The position numbers and the translations under genes are program-made. 64,000 bases of DNA from an uncultured Acidobacteriota bacterium (GTDB taxonomy: Bacteria; Acidobacteriota; UBA4820; DSQY01). Below are positions 52,380 through 62,073 of the stretch, piece after piece (the first letter of the stretch is position 1; each line of letters begins with the position of its first letter). The stretch covers positions 18,237 to 82,236 of the forward strand of contig CAVRTJ010000034.1 in NCBI GenBank assembly GCA_963724125.1, read 5' to 3'. Under the pieces are notes generated by a model. It did no database searches. It had not been told where the DNA came from and saw only the letters and a program-made list of their open reading frames with translations.

Positions 52380-54474
52380 CTACTTGGCCGCCGCCGTGAG
52401 TTCCCCGGCGACCCGGCTTGCGCCGTACAGTTTGTTCAGCGCTTGGAGAATGGCGGGCGTATCCACCGCCACGCATCGCGCGACCTTTTCTGAATACACG
52501 AAGGTGTTGGGATTGCTCTGTGGGTTTCCGTCGAAAACCAGTCCCACCAGTTTGCCTTCCCTATCGACGATCGGGCTGCCCGAATTGCCGCCCGTGATAT
52601 CTCCCGTGCACACGAAGTCCATGGGCGTCTTGAGGTCGAGTTCGTCCCGCCGCAGTTCTTCCATCTTGCTGAGCTGGAAGTCTCCCCTGTTGTCGAAGGA
52701 ATAGGCACGGTTATAAAGGCCGTAGAAGGTCGTTTTGTACGGCACTTCACTCGTGTCGAAGGCGTAGCCTTTCACGACGCCGAAAGCCAGCCGGAGCGTA
52801 CCCGTCGCGTCGGGATACACGTCATCGCCGTACACTGCGAACTGCGCATTGGCGATCTGCGTCAAGGCCGGCTGAACAACGGCCTCCACATGGTCTTTCA
52901 CGGCTCTGTGCACGCGCCTGAGAGTCGGATCCATAAGCCGGACAAAAGCGATGAGCGGATCCTTGCACGATTTCACGGCGGCACCCTTGCTCACGAGAAG
53001 GGAAGCGCGGTAGGATGCGTCGTCCAGCCGCGTTCCTCCCATCACTTCCTCGGCCCGCCGGGCCGGCGTCTTCCCGTCAAGAAGCGCTTTCACATATGCG
53101 TTCACGGCGCCGAGCTTGTCCCGCAATACCGTCAGGTCGTAGGCGAGAAGGGCCGCATCCATGCCCTTGTAATAGGGCCGATCGGCCTTGAGGCGCCGCA
53201 TGAGACCCGGGATCTGGGCGTCGTGGTAACCATCCAGCCGTTGGCCGTCAGGCTTGTTCGCTTCTTCTGAATACCGAAGGATTCTCAGCGCGACCCCGGT
53301 CAGTCCATACGCACCGGGGGCCCTGCCTTCGTAGGTTAATTCCTTGAAGTGCTCCCGTTCCCAGTTCACGGATTTCTCGATCTGTTTCCAGGCATTCTCG
53401 TAGTGTGTCAGTTCGGGTTCCGGCGATGGCGTCCCGGAGATTCTTCTCCTGCCGTGCTTTCTTCGCCATCAATGCGGGATTCTTGAGGCCGTCGTATTCG
53501 CCCGTCAGGGCCTTGATGCTGTTGTGGACGAAGAAGATGATCGACTGGGCTTCCTGTGCCTGTTCGGGGCCCTTCTTGCTATAGACGGTCAACACTTCGT
53601 CCATCCCCTTGAGCCTTTCGAGAATGGCCGGATAGCTCACATCTCTGAAATATTCGAGCTGGGCCAGCGTGTCCAGTCGGTCCGTCCTTCCCGGGTGGCC
53701 CGAAACGAAGATCGGCATGCCGTCCGTGACGCCCGCCGGGTCCACCTTCAAGTAGTCCGGCGTATGCGCGGGCTTGCCGTTTTCGTAGACGCGGAGGAAG
53801 CTGAAGTCCAGGTCGTACCGGGGATAGTAGAAATTGTCCGCGTCGCCGCCGAAGTAGGCCGCCTTTTCTTCCGGCGCCATAACGATGCGCACATCGGTGT
53901 ACTCCTTGTAGCGGTAGAGCATGTAGCGGGCCCCGCCGTAGAGCTTGACGACGTTTCCGCGCAGACCCGTCTCTTCCCGGCAGGCCTTCTCCATGTTCGC
54001 GATCTTCGCCTCGCGCGCCTGCTGCGCCTGCACCGCCGTATCTCCGGCCTTGACGGCGGAATCCACCTCGTCGGTGACGTCCTCCATGGAACGCAGCACT
54101 TCGATCATGGCGCCCGGCACCATGAGTTCATCGGCCTGTGACCTGGCGTAGAACCCGTCGTCCACGTAGTTATGCTCGGGCGTAGAGAGCTGCTGGAGAT
54201 ACATGCGTGCCACGTGATGGTTCGTCAGGATAAGGCCGTCGGGGGATACGAACGACCCGCTGCCGCCCCCGATCCCGACGGACGACAGGCGGAGGTGGTC
54301 GAGCCACGCCTGCGAAGGCGTGAATCCGTAGCGTTTCTGGATGAGCTTAGTGGGGGGGTGGCTGTAGGTCCACATGCCCTCGTCGGCGCGCGACGCCGTC
54401 GACAAGCCGAACGCGCACGCAGCGGCCACCGCAAGTGCTGCAAAACTCCTTAGGACATTTCTCTGATGGGTCAT
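52380..54474 (-). CDS. S46-family dipeptidyl-peptidase (DPP7/DPP11-like serine peptidase), secreted; apparent frameshift near ~53400
   Basis: Signal peptide, then N-terminal S46 signature DEGMWTYSHPP...GSGSFVSPDGLILTNHHV (catalytic His) in the frame of ORF 53248-54549; C-terminal catalytic Ser region CTGDITGGNSGSPIVDREGKLVGLVFDGN in the frame of ORF 52380-53369. SD AGGAGG before the ATG at 54474. Confidence 0.8.
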
Positions 54475-54618
54475 GATGCCTCCTGAATGTATGCTGGACA
54501 CAAAAATAGCGAAGAGAGATATACGCGGGTGACGCGGACTTTGTTTCAACCGTCTTTCCGATCACTCCGGGGTTTGGCACAGGTCATGCTGTCCCGTCGT
54601 GAATCGACGGGTGCGGGC

Positions 54619-55383
54619 TCAGTCCGCAGACCTCGCCAGGGTTCGCGGGTCCCTGTCCCCCGCGAGAATCAACCGCCAGAGGTCGGCCAGGGTTCCCTGG
54701 CCGAAGAGGTTCCCTGATTCCGCCGGCCTGGGTTCGTCCTCCGGCGCGACCCACCACCCTCTGATCCCGAGCTTTGAAGCGTTTTCCATATCCCAGACCC
54801 AGTCGTCGCCCACCATGAGACATGCCTCCGGAGAGCACCCGATGCGATCGAGAATCTCACGGTAGTAGGCCGGATTCTCCTTGGATGCGTGCATGTTCTC
54901 GTAGGTCGTGACCAGCGCGTAGGGATGGGCGTCGACACCGACACCCGCCCACTCCAGGCGCTGTTCAATGGCCGTCCTCGGAAACAGCGGATTCGTCGCG
55001 ACGACCACCTTAAGGCCGCACTCAAAGGCCCAGCGGACGAGTTTCGGCGCCTCGGGCACCGCCTGCGTGAACCGGCGCAACCCGGGGAATTCCTCCGAGT
55101 AAAACCGCATGAACAGCGGTTCGAGCTCGGCGCGGTCAACGCCGACCGCCGGATAGAACGTCGCCGCAAACACTTCCTCGTTCGTGGCGCCGTCTCCGCC
55201 ATTCGCGGCCATGATTTTCGTTGCGCGCAGAAGCTCCCTTATGAGTCTTTCGGGCGCGATGCGGTTTCCAAGAAAACGCCCTGCGGCCTCCAGATAGGCT
55301 GGAACGAACTGTTCCATGTCGTTCCGGAGGAGAGTGCCGTCCAGATCCAGAAGGAGGGCTTTGATCGTCGCCTGCGGTTTCAC
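54619..55383 (-). CDS. HAD-superfamily hydrolase
   Basis: HAD motif I LLLDLDGTLL near the N-terminus and a motif-IV-like LMVGDDWVWD; start placed at the GTG at 55383 with a GGGGGA SD-like element. Substrate unknown. Confidence 0.7.
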   Translation of the reverse strand: MKPQATIKALLLDLDGTLLRNDMEQFVPAYLEAAGRFLGNRIAPERLIRELLRATKIMAANGGDGATNEEVFAATFYPAVGVDRAELEPLFMRFYSEEFPGLRRFTQAVPEAPKLVRWAFECGLKVVVATNPLFPRTAIEQRLEWAGVGVDAHPYALVTTYENMHASKENPAYYREILDRIGCSPEACLMVGDDWVWDMENASKLGIRGWWVAPEDEPRPAESGNLFGQGTLADLWRLILAGDRDPRTLARSAD

Positions 55384-55504
55384 GCATCCCCCATGGGCTC
55401 GCCCCGGACCCTCGCACGGGGTGGCGGCCAAGACATCAGATTATACCCCAAGAAGGCCTCGGGACCTTTGCCGGCGCGTCAGAGCCGTCCGTATGTCCCC
55501 CCTA

Positions 55505-56812
55505 TCAGCTTTCTTCCGGCGTGTACCAGTCCCTGCGTGTGAGCGGAAATCCGCTTCGGCCGTTCTCTCCGGTCTTGATGAGAAGGCTCTGATAGACGTT
55601 CAGCCGCCCACGCGTGAATCCGTAGGCCGATCCGGCCATGAAGAGCCGCCAGACGCGGTAGGTCGGTTCGTCCACGCATTGGAGCGCCTTTTCCCGTCGA
55701 CTCTCCAGCCTGCGAACCCACCGGCGGAGGGTCAGCGCGTAGTGTTCGCGGAGGCTCTCCACGTCCCTCACTTCAAAGCCGACCTCCTCGGCGGCGCGAA
55801 GCGTGACGTGGATGGGCACCAGTTCGCCGTCCGGGAACACGTAGACGTCGCTGAATGAGGGTCCGCGCGTCGCTTCGTCCGTGGCGCGGCTCGCGATGCC
55901 GTGGTTCAGGAAAACCCCGCCGGGATTGAGCAGGCGCAGTGCCCGGTCGAAGTAAGTCGCCAGCAGCTTCTCACCCACGTGTTCGAACATGCCTATGCTG
56001 GCGATGGCGTCGTATCCCCGATCGTCTTCCACCTCGCGGTAGTCCCTGACCTCGACGCGGCATCGGTCGGAGAGTCCGGCGGCTGCGATTCGCTCGTTCG
56101 CCAACTCGGCCTGCGGCTCGCTCAGGGTTATACCGGTCGCGTCGACGCCGTAGCGCTTCGCCGCATAAATTGCCAGCCCGCCCCATCCGCAGCCCAGGTC
56201 CAGAAATCTCTGGCCCGGGTTGAGGCGAAGTTTGCGGCATACCAGGTCCAGTTTGCGCTCCTGGGCCTCGTCCAGCGTTTCCTCCGGCGAATGAAAGTAC
56301 GCACAGGAATACACCATGTGCCGGTCGAGCCACAGGGCGTAGAACTCGTTGGAGACGTCGTAATGGTAGCTGATGGCCTGCCGGTCGCGTTCCACCGAAT
56401 GGCGCTTGCCGGAGAGCCTGGCCGGCCCTCGGGCACCGACTGGGTGGTCCTTTCCTGCCGGAAGACGCAAGAGGTCCTTCGCCGCGAGCAGCTTGGTGCG
56501 CCAGCCGCCCGTCTTTTCTCCCAGAAAGTCCGCAAGCGCGAACACCGATTCGACGTCGCCTTCGATGTCCACCTCGCCGTACAGGAAGGCCTCGGCCAGC
56601 CCCACTTCGCTGCCGGCGAGCAACATGGCCCGAAGCGACCCCGGATGCTTCAGGATGATCGTGGTGCGGGAGACCGGATCCTCGGGCCACACGCTCCCGT
56701 CCCACAGTCGAAAGCCTGCCCCGATGGCCGGCGCGCCTCCGAAGAGATCCTGCAGAATCTTCAATGTCAGGCGCTTTGCTTGTCCGGATGAGGAATGAGC
56801 CTTTTCCGACAT
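55505..56812 (-). CDS. cfa: Cyclopropane-fatty-acyl-phospholipid synthase
   Basis: SAM-binding motif VLDLGCGWGGLAIYAAKRYG and CFA-synthase family conservation throughout. SD AAGGAGGA before the ATG at 56812. Confidence 0.85.
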   Translation of the reverse strand: MSEKAHSSSGQAKRLTLKILQDLFGGAPAIGAGFRLWDGSVWPEDPVSRTTIILKHPGSLRAMLLAGSEVGLAEAFLYGEVDIEGDVESVFALADFLGEKTGGWRTKLLAAKDLLRLPAGKDHPVGARGPARLSGKRHSVERDRQAISYHYDVSNEFYALWLDRHMVYSCAYFHSPEETLDEAQERKLDLVCRKLRLNPGQRFLDLGCGWGGLAIYAAKRYGVDATGITLSEPQAELANERIAAAGLSDRCRVEVRDYREVEDDRGYDAIASIGMFEHVGEKLLATYFDRALRLLNPGGVFLNHGIASRATDEATRGPSFSDVYVFPDGELVPIHVTLRAAEEVGFEVRDVESLREHYALTLRRWVRRLESRREKALQCVDEPTYRVWRLFMAGSAYGFTRGRLNVYQSLLIKTGENGRSGFPLTRRDWYTPEES

Positions 56813-56930
56813 GCCGTCCTCCTTGTGGTGCGGTGCTTTTCCCTGTTCGAATCCTCCTTCCTTGTCCACATCGATACTAACGTCTCACCCAGAGATTGCA
56901 ACCCAGTCAATTGCCCTCAACGTCATGCAC

Positions 56931-56960
56931 AAAAAGAAAGGGCGGGCCGGCCGACCGCCC
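56931..56960 (-). terminator. Putative Rho-independent terminator after serC (minus strand)
   Basis: GC hairpin (gggcgg ... ccgccc) followed on the minus strand by tttctttttt, about 30 nt past the serC stop. Confidence 0.5.
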
Positions 56961-56986
56961 TCCTTCTCACGACGTTTCACGGCGCT

Positions 56987-58087
56987 TCAGCCGTTTTTCT
57001 TCACGAACTCCTCCATGAAACCGCAGAGGGTTTCAACCTGGTCCACGGTCACGGCGTTGTACATGGACACACGGATGCCGCCCATGGTCCTGTAGCCCTT
57101 GAGGCCGACCATTCCCGCGGCCTTGGCTTCCGCCACGAACCTCGCGTCCAGGTCTTCGCTCGGAAGGTTGAAATCCACGTTCATGAAGGACCGGTCGTCT
57201 TTCACCTTCACGTAACCCTTGTAGAATTCGGGGTACTTGTCGATGACGCCGTAGAGCAGTTCGCCCTTCTTCAGGTTGTTCCTGTAGATGGCGTCCAGGC
57301 CGCCGATGGACTTGTTGTAGGCGAGGACGTTCCTGAGGATGTAGACCGAGAAGCAGGGCGGCGTGTTGAAGAGGCTGTTCTTCGCGGCCTGCACTTTGTA
57401 CTGCAGCATGTTGGGCAGGTTCTCGGCGCACATCTCGAGGAAGTCGTCGCGGATCAGCGCCACCACCAGGCCCGACGGGCCGAGGTTCTTCTGGGCGCCC
57501 GGCGTAGATGAAGCCGAAAGGGCTTCACGTCGAAGGGCCGCCACATCATGTCGGAGGACATGTCGGCCACCAGCGGAACGCCGCCGGTCTGCGGGAAGTC
57601 TTTCCACTGCGTGCCGTAGATCGTATTGTTGGAACAGAAGTGCACGTAGGCCGCAGTCGGGGTTGACATGGATCTCGTCGGGCCTCGGCAGGCGGTTGAA
57701 CTTCTCTTCTTCCGTGGATACGATTGCCCTCGCGGCGTCTCCCGCTACGGTTTTCGCCTCCTTGAAGGCCTTCTTCGCCCAGTTTCCAGTCACGATGTAA
57801 TCGGCCTTGCGCCCCGAATGGAGAATGTTCATGGGAAGCATGGCGAACTGGAGATTTCCGCCGCCCTGCAGCAGGAGCACCTTGTAGTTGTCGGGGACGT
57901 TCAGGAGCTCCTTCACGAGTGCGATGGCCTCGTTGTGCACCGCATCGTATTCCTTGGACCGGTGGGAGATCTCCATGACGGACATTCCCGTTCCTTCGAA
58001 ATCCAGCAGTTCCGCCTTCGCCCGCTCGAGAGCCTGCACCGGAAGCCCGGCGGGGCCGGCGTAGAAATTGATAACCCGATTAACCAT
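56987..58087 (-). CDS. serC: Phosphoserine aminotransferase; two apparent frameshifts (~57655 and ~57520)
   Basis: N-terminus [17 protein letters not shown]-terminus [15 protein letters not shown]; the central segment ([17 protein letters not shown]...[12 protein letters not shown]) is encoded in the frame of ORF 57454-57669. SD AGAGGAGAAGG before the ATG. Confidence 0.8.
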   Translation of the reverse strand: MVNRVINFYAGPAGLPVQALERAKAELLDFEGTGMSVMEISHRSKEYDAVHNEAIALVKELLNVPDNYKVLLLQGGGNLQFAMLPMNILHSGRKADYIVTGNWAKKAFKEAKTVAGDAARAIVSTEEEKFNRLPRPDEIHVNPDCGLRALLFQQYDLRHAVERLPADRRRSAGGRHVLRHDVAALRREALSASSTPGAQKNLGPSGLVVALIRDDFLEMCAENLPNMLQYKVQAAKNSLFNTPPCFSVYILRNVLAYNKSIGGLDAIYRNNLKKGELLYGVIDKYPEFYKGYVKVKDDRSFMNVDFNLPSEDLDARFVAEAKAAGMVGLKGYRTMGGIRVSMYNAVTVDQVETLCGFMEEFVKKNG

Positions 58088-58104
58088 GACCTTCTCCTCT
58101 TTTC

Positions 58105-58979
58105 CTATTTTCCGAAGCCGGAAATGATATCCACGATGATGTCCCCGATTCGCAAGAGGTTCTCCTTGCTCGACGCGCCGATGTGGGGCGTCATCAGGAC
58201 GTTCGGCGCACGCAGGAGCGGGCTCGACGGATCGGGAGGATCGGAGTACCACACGTCCGTCGCGTAGGCCCTCACCTTCCCGGACTCCAGCGCTTCCGCC
58301 AGGTCCGCCTCGTTAACGACCTTGCCCCGGCCCGTGTTCACCAGGATGACCCCGTCCTTCATCTCTGGCGATCATGGCCCGGTTCACCATGCCCTTCGTT
58401 TCGTCGGTGAGCGGCGTGTGCATGCTGATGTAGTCCGCCGAGGCCAGCACGTCGCCCTCTTCCTTCATCTCGGCCACGGGATGGCTCTGGACGAAGGGGT
58501 CGTAAGCCACCACCTTCATGCCGAAGGCGGCGGCCCTCTTGGCCACTTCGGTGCCGATGAGGCCTACGCCCAGGAGGCCGAGCGTCTTCTGGTAGAGCTC
58601 AGTGCGCTTGAGTTCCTTCTTGATCCACTTGCCTTCCTTCATGCTGGTATGGCCCTCGACGATGCGGTTCGGCACGGCCAGCATGAGCGCCATGGTCAGC
58701 TCGGCCACGGCCACGGACGAGGCCTGGGGGGTATTCCGTAACCTCTATTCCACGGCTCTTGCACGTCTCCCGGTCCACGTTGTCCAGGCCCACGCCGCCG
58801 CGAATGACCAGCTTGAGGTTCGGGGCGCCTTCCAGGAACTCCCTGGTTACCTTGGTCTTGGAGCGGATGAGCAGGACATCCGCCTCGGAGAGTCTGCCCA
58901 TGTCTTCGTAAACGTCGCCGAAGGTCTTCAGACGGCCCGGAAGCGACGCGTCAAATGCATCCGCGATCAGGATCTTCAT
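58105..58979 (-). CDS. D-isomer-specific 2-hydroxyacid dehydrogenase, SerA-like (probable phosphoglycerate dehydrogenase); two apparent frameshifts (~58720 and ~58365)
   Basis: Three consecutive ORF fragments in different frames together give the family pattern: N-terminal substrate domain (MKILIADAF...), NAD-binding GLLGVGLIGTEVAKR, catalytic region (ILVNTGRGKVV...MTPHIGASS). SD GGGAGGA before the ATG at 58979. Confidence 0.7.
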
Positions 58980-59066
58980 TTTTATCCTCCCGTTTATCCT
59001 AGAGGCGGGAAGGGGGCGGCATCCCCGGTAGAAGCTGGCCGTCCGTACCCCGCAGACTCGTGGAAA

Positions 59067-60306
59067 TCAATCTTCTATCAGCCTCACGATCAGCCCGGAA
59101 CGAAGTTTCGGTTCGAACCAGGTGGACTTGGGCGGCATGACATGGCCGGAGTCCGCCACGGACATGAGCTGTTCGAGCGACGTCGGGTACAGGGAAAAGG
59201 CGACGGCCCACCCCTCCCCGACCCGCTTCTCCAGCTCCTCGGTGCCCCGGATTCCGCCTATAAAATCAATACGCTCGTCGGTCCGCGGATCCTCGATGCC
59301 CAGGATCGGTGTCAGCAGGTTCTCCTGAAGGATAGAGACGTCCAGACTCTTTACCGGGTCGTTCGCCGGAAAGGTCCCCTCCTTTGCGCGAAGGCTGTAC
59401 CATCGGCCGCCGAGGAACATGCCGAATCGCCTGGGCGCGCCGGGCCTTGGATCCGAAGCCGGCGACAGGTCGAAACGTCTCCTTGACCTTGTCCGCGAAG
59501 AGCTCCGGCGCCAGACCGTTCAGGTCCTTGACCACGCGGTTGTAGTCCAGGATCTGCAGCTGATCGTGGGGGAAGACCACGGCCATGAAGTACTCGAAGG
59601 GCTCCTCGCCAGTGTGGGTCGCGCTCTTTGCGCGGAGAGCCTGACCGGTTCTCACGGCGGCCGCCGTCCGGTGATGCCCGTCGGCGACGTAGAGCGCGGG
59701 CACCGCGGCAAAGTGGCGCTCGAGGTCCGCTATGTCTTCGTCGTCCGCCACGACCCAAACCGTGTGTCCGATGCCGTCCTCCGTTACCAGGTCGTAGACC
59801 GGGTCGCAGCTGCGGGCCCTTTCGACGATCTCATCGATGGCCGACCTGGACCGGTAGGTGAGAAAGACGGGTTCCGCGTTGGCGTTCTGCTCGGTCACGT
59901 GGCGCGTGCGGTCGTCTTCTTTGGTCTTTCGGGTGAACTCGTGTTTCTTGATCAGGCCGTCCTCGTACTCCTTCACGGAGCAGAGACAGACGATCCCCGC
60001 CTGAACGTGTTCTCCCATCTTCTGCTGGTAGACGTACAGGCAGGGCTGTGACTCCTTGACGAGGGTTCCTTCGGAGATGAAGCGCCTCAGGTTTTCCACG
60101 CCCTTGGCGTAGACCCTGTCGTCGTAGAGCGAGATCGACGGTTCGAGGTCGATTTCGGGCTTGCCCACATGTAAAAAAGACAAGGGATTGCCATCGGCGA
60201 TTTCCCTGGCCTCCTCCGAGCTGATCACGTCGTACGGGAAGCTGGCGATTTTGTCCGCGAGTTCAGGCTTTGGCCTGTAACCCCGAAAAGGCTTGATGCG
60301 AGACAT
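59067..60306 (-). CDS. DUF1015-family protein (conserved, function unknown); apparent frameshift near ~59425
   Basis: N-terminus MSRIKPFRGYRPKPELADKIASFPYDVISSEEAREI and the internal YVADGHHR motif resemble DUF1015 proteins; the C-terminal ~115 aa are encoded in the frame of ORF 59067-59420. Confidence 0.7.
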
Positions 60307-60705
60307 AGTAACCCCCTGGCGGGCTGGTTTCCTCTGAAGTTTTCACCATGCACACCCCGGCTACGCCCGCAACTTGGTGCCGGGGATGCGAGACGCCAGC
60401 ATAGAACACGCCTGCAGTACGTTCAAGATAGGCCCTGGACGATTACCGGACCAAGGTGTCAAGTCGCCCACGGCCGCGGAGGTTTCCGTGGGCCGGCTTT
60501 GGCCCGAAGCCTTATCCTCCCCAGGGTGGCGATGTGCCCTCGGCGGCCCTGGGGCCTTGGAGCGGCTGTCCGGCCTCTCTTTGCGCCAAAAGGCCCGTAA
60601 GGACCCTGGTCGCTGACCGTTTCTGATGCAGAATACCCGTTCTGCGGTGTATACTCCCGTACTTGGGGTTCACCGGGTCCGCATCTTCATGGGAGGAATG
60701 AGATC

Positions 60706-61614
60706 ATGTCCATGCTCGCCGTGAGAAAAGCCGTCGCCAATTCGATACCCGGCAGGCTCGTCCGGGTATTCGCTTCGCCCTACGTCTCCGGGGACTCGCT
60801 CGAAAAGGGGCTCGCCTTCGCCGACGCCCTGTACAAAGAACAGGGCATCGAGGCGACCATGGACGTGCTGGGCGAGGCCGAAAAGACCCGGGAAAAGGTA
60901 CGCGGCGCGGTCGAACTCTACCTGAGTACCCTCGATGCGATCAAGGAGCGTCAGTACTGCTCCATTTCGGTCAAACCGGGCCATTTCGGCTACTACGTCG
61001 ACCCCGACTTCTGCAGGAAGAACCTCGAAGAACTGGCATCTGCCTGCCAGTCGGCCGGACGCGGTCTCACCATCGACATGGAGGACACGGATCTCACGGA
61101 TTTCACGCTGCAGCTCTACAAGGAACTGAAGCCGAAATACCCCGTGCTGGGCACCGTTCTCCAATCCCGCCTCTACCGGACCGAAGCCGACATCGATCGG
61201 CTGGACGGTCTCAACGCCCACGTGCGCGCCTGCATAGGTATTTACAACGTACCGGCGGACAAGGCCTACCAGAACAAGCGCGACATGAAGGAAAACCTCC
61301 TCAAAATCATCGAAAAGCTCTTCGACAGAGGTCACTACGTCTGCGTCGCCACGCACGACCTCGAATATCTCGAAAAGGCGCGAGCGCTCATCGCCCGCAA
61401 GAAAGTCCCCAGGGACCGCTACGAATTCCAGATGCTCGTCGGTGTCCCCCGGGACCGCGTGCAGAAAGAACTCGTGGAGACCGGCGAGAAGGTGAGGCTC
61501 TACGTCCCCTTCGCGGTTGATTGGGACGATGCGATCGCCTATCTACGGCGACGCATGATCGAGAGCCCTTCCATGACCGGCCTCGTGCTCAAAAACCTCG
61601 TCAAGCGGGGCTGA
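60706..61614 (+). CDS. Proline dehydrogenase (monofunctional PutA-like, PRODH TIM-barrel)
   Basis: PRODH-family conservation (ISVKPGHFGYY, LTIDMEDTDLTD, GIYNVPADKAY, VCVATHD). SD GGGAGGA 8 nt before the ATG. Confidence 0.85.
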   Translation: MSMLAVRKAVANSIPGRLVRVFASPYVSGDSLEKGLAFADALYKEQGIEATMDVLGEAEKTREKVRGAVELYLSTLDAIKERQYCSISVKPGHFGYYVDPDFCRKNLEELASACQSAGRGLTIDMEDTDLTDFTLQLYKELKPKYPVLGTVLQSRLYRTEADIDRLDGLNAHVRACIGIYNVPADKAYQNKRDMKENLLKIIEKLFDRGHYVCVATHDLEYLEKARALIARKKVPRDRYEFQMLVGVPRDRVQKELVETGEKVRLYVPFAVDWDDAIAYLRRRMIESPSMTGLVLKNLVKRG

Positions 61615-61738
61615 ACGTCTCCGCCTTCACGACCGCTTCTGCCGTTTCAAAGGCGCATTATCCGCGCCCGTCGAGGCACGCGCTGTCCTTCCCCTTCCTG
61701 AGGTCCTCCGCCCCTTGACCCCTCCATCTTTCTAAAGC

Positions 61739-61767
61739 TTGACCTCGTGGTATCGGGCATTTAAGTT
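61739..61767 (+). promoter_or_regulatory. Putative sigma70-type promoter for the downstream metalloprotease gene
   Basis: TTGACC, 17-nt spacer, TAAGTT; would give a ~300-nt leader. Weak -10 element; prediction only. Confidence 0.2.
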
Positions 61768-62073
61768 CTATAGGGGAGATCGTCACATTCGGTGCGGTCA
61801 CAGGGAGTCCTGAAACCCGGGGAGGCGGACCTAACTTATTCGCAGTAAAGCGCAGGCCTGAAGACCGGGAGGCGCCGCATCGCTCTCTCGATTGAAAGCG
61901 CATCAGGAAGCGATCAGGGCAGCGATTCAAACCGCGGCATTTTCCCGAAACAGCTAACGAACGGCTCTCTGTGCAGGTGAATGCCTGTGTCCACTAAGGT
62001 GGTGTGCCCGACACGGATGCCGTTCTCGCCCCCGCCTTATCTACCCGGATACCATAGTGGGGAGAAAGAAGCG

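Noticed and set aside
56830-56855. tRNA-like T-loop motif (gttcgaatcc)
   Set aside because: No complementary T-stem, acceptor stem or anticodon arm can be formed in the flanking sequence; the motif lies in the 5' region of the cfa gene.
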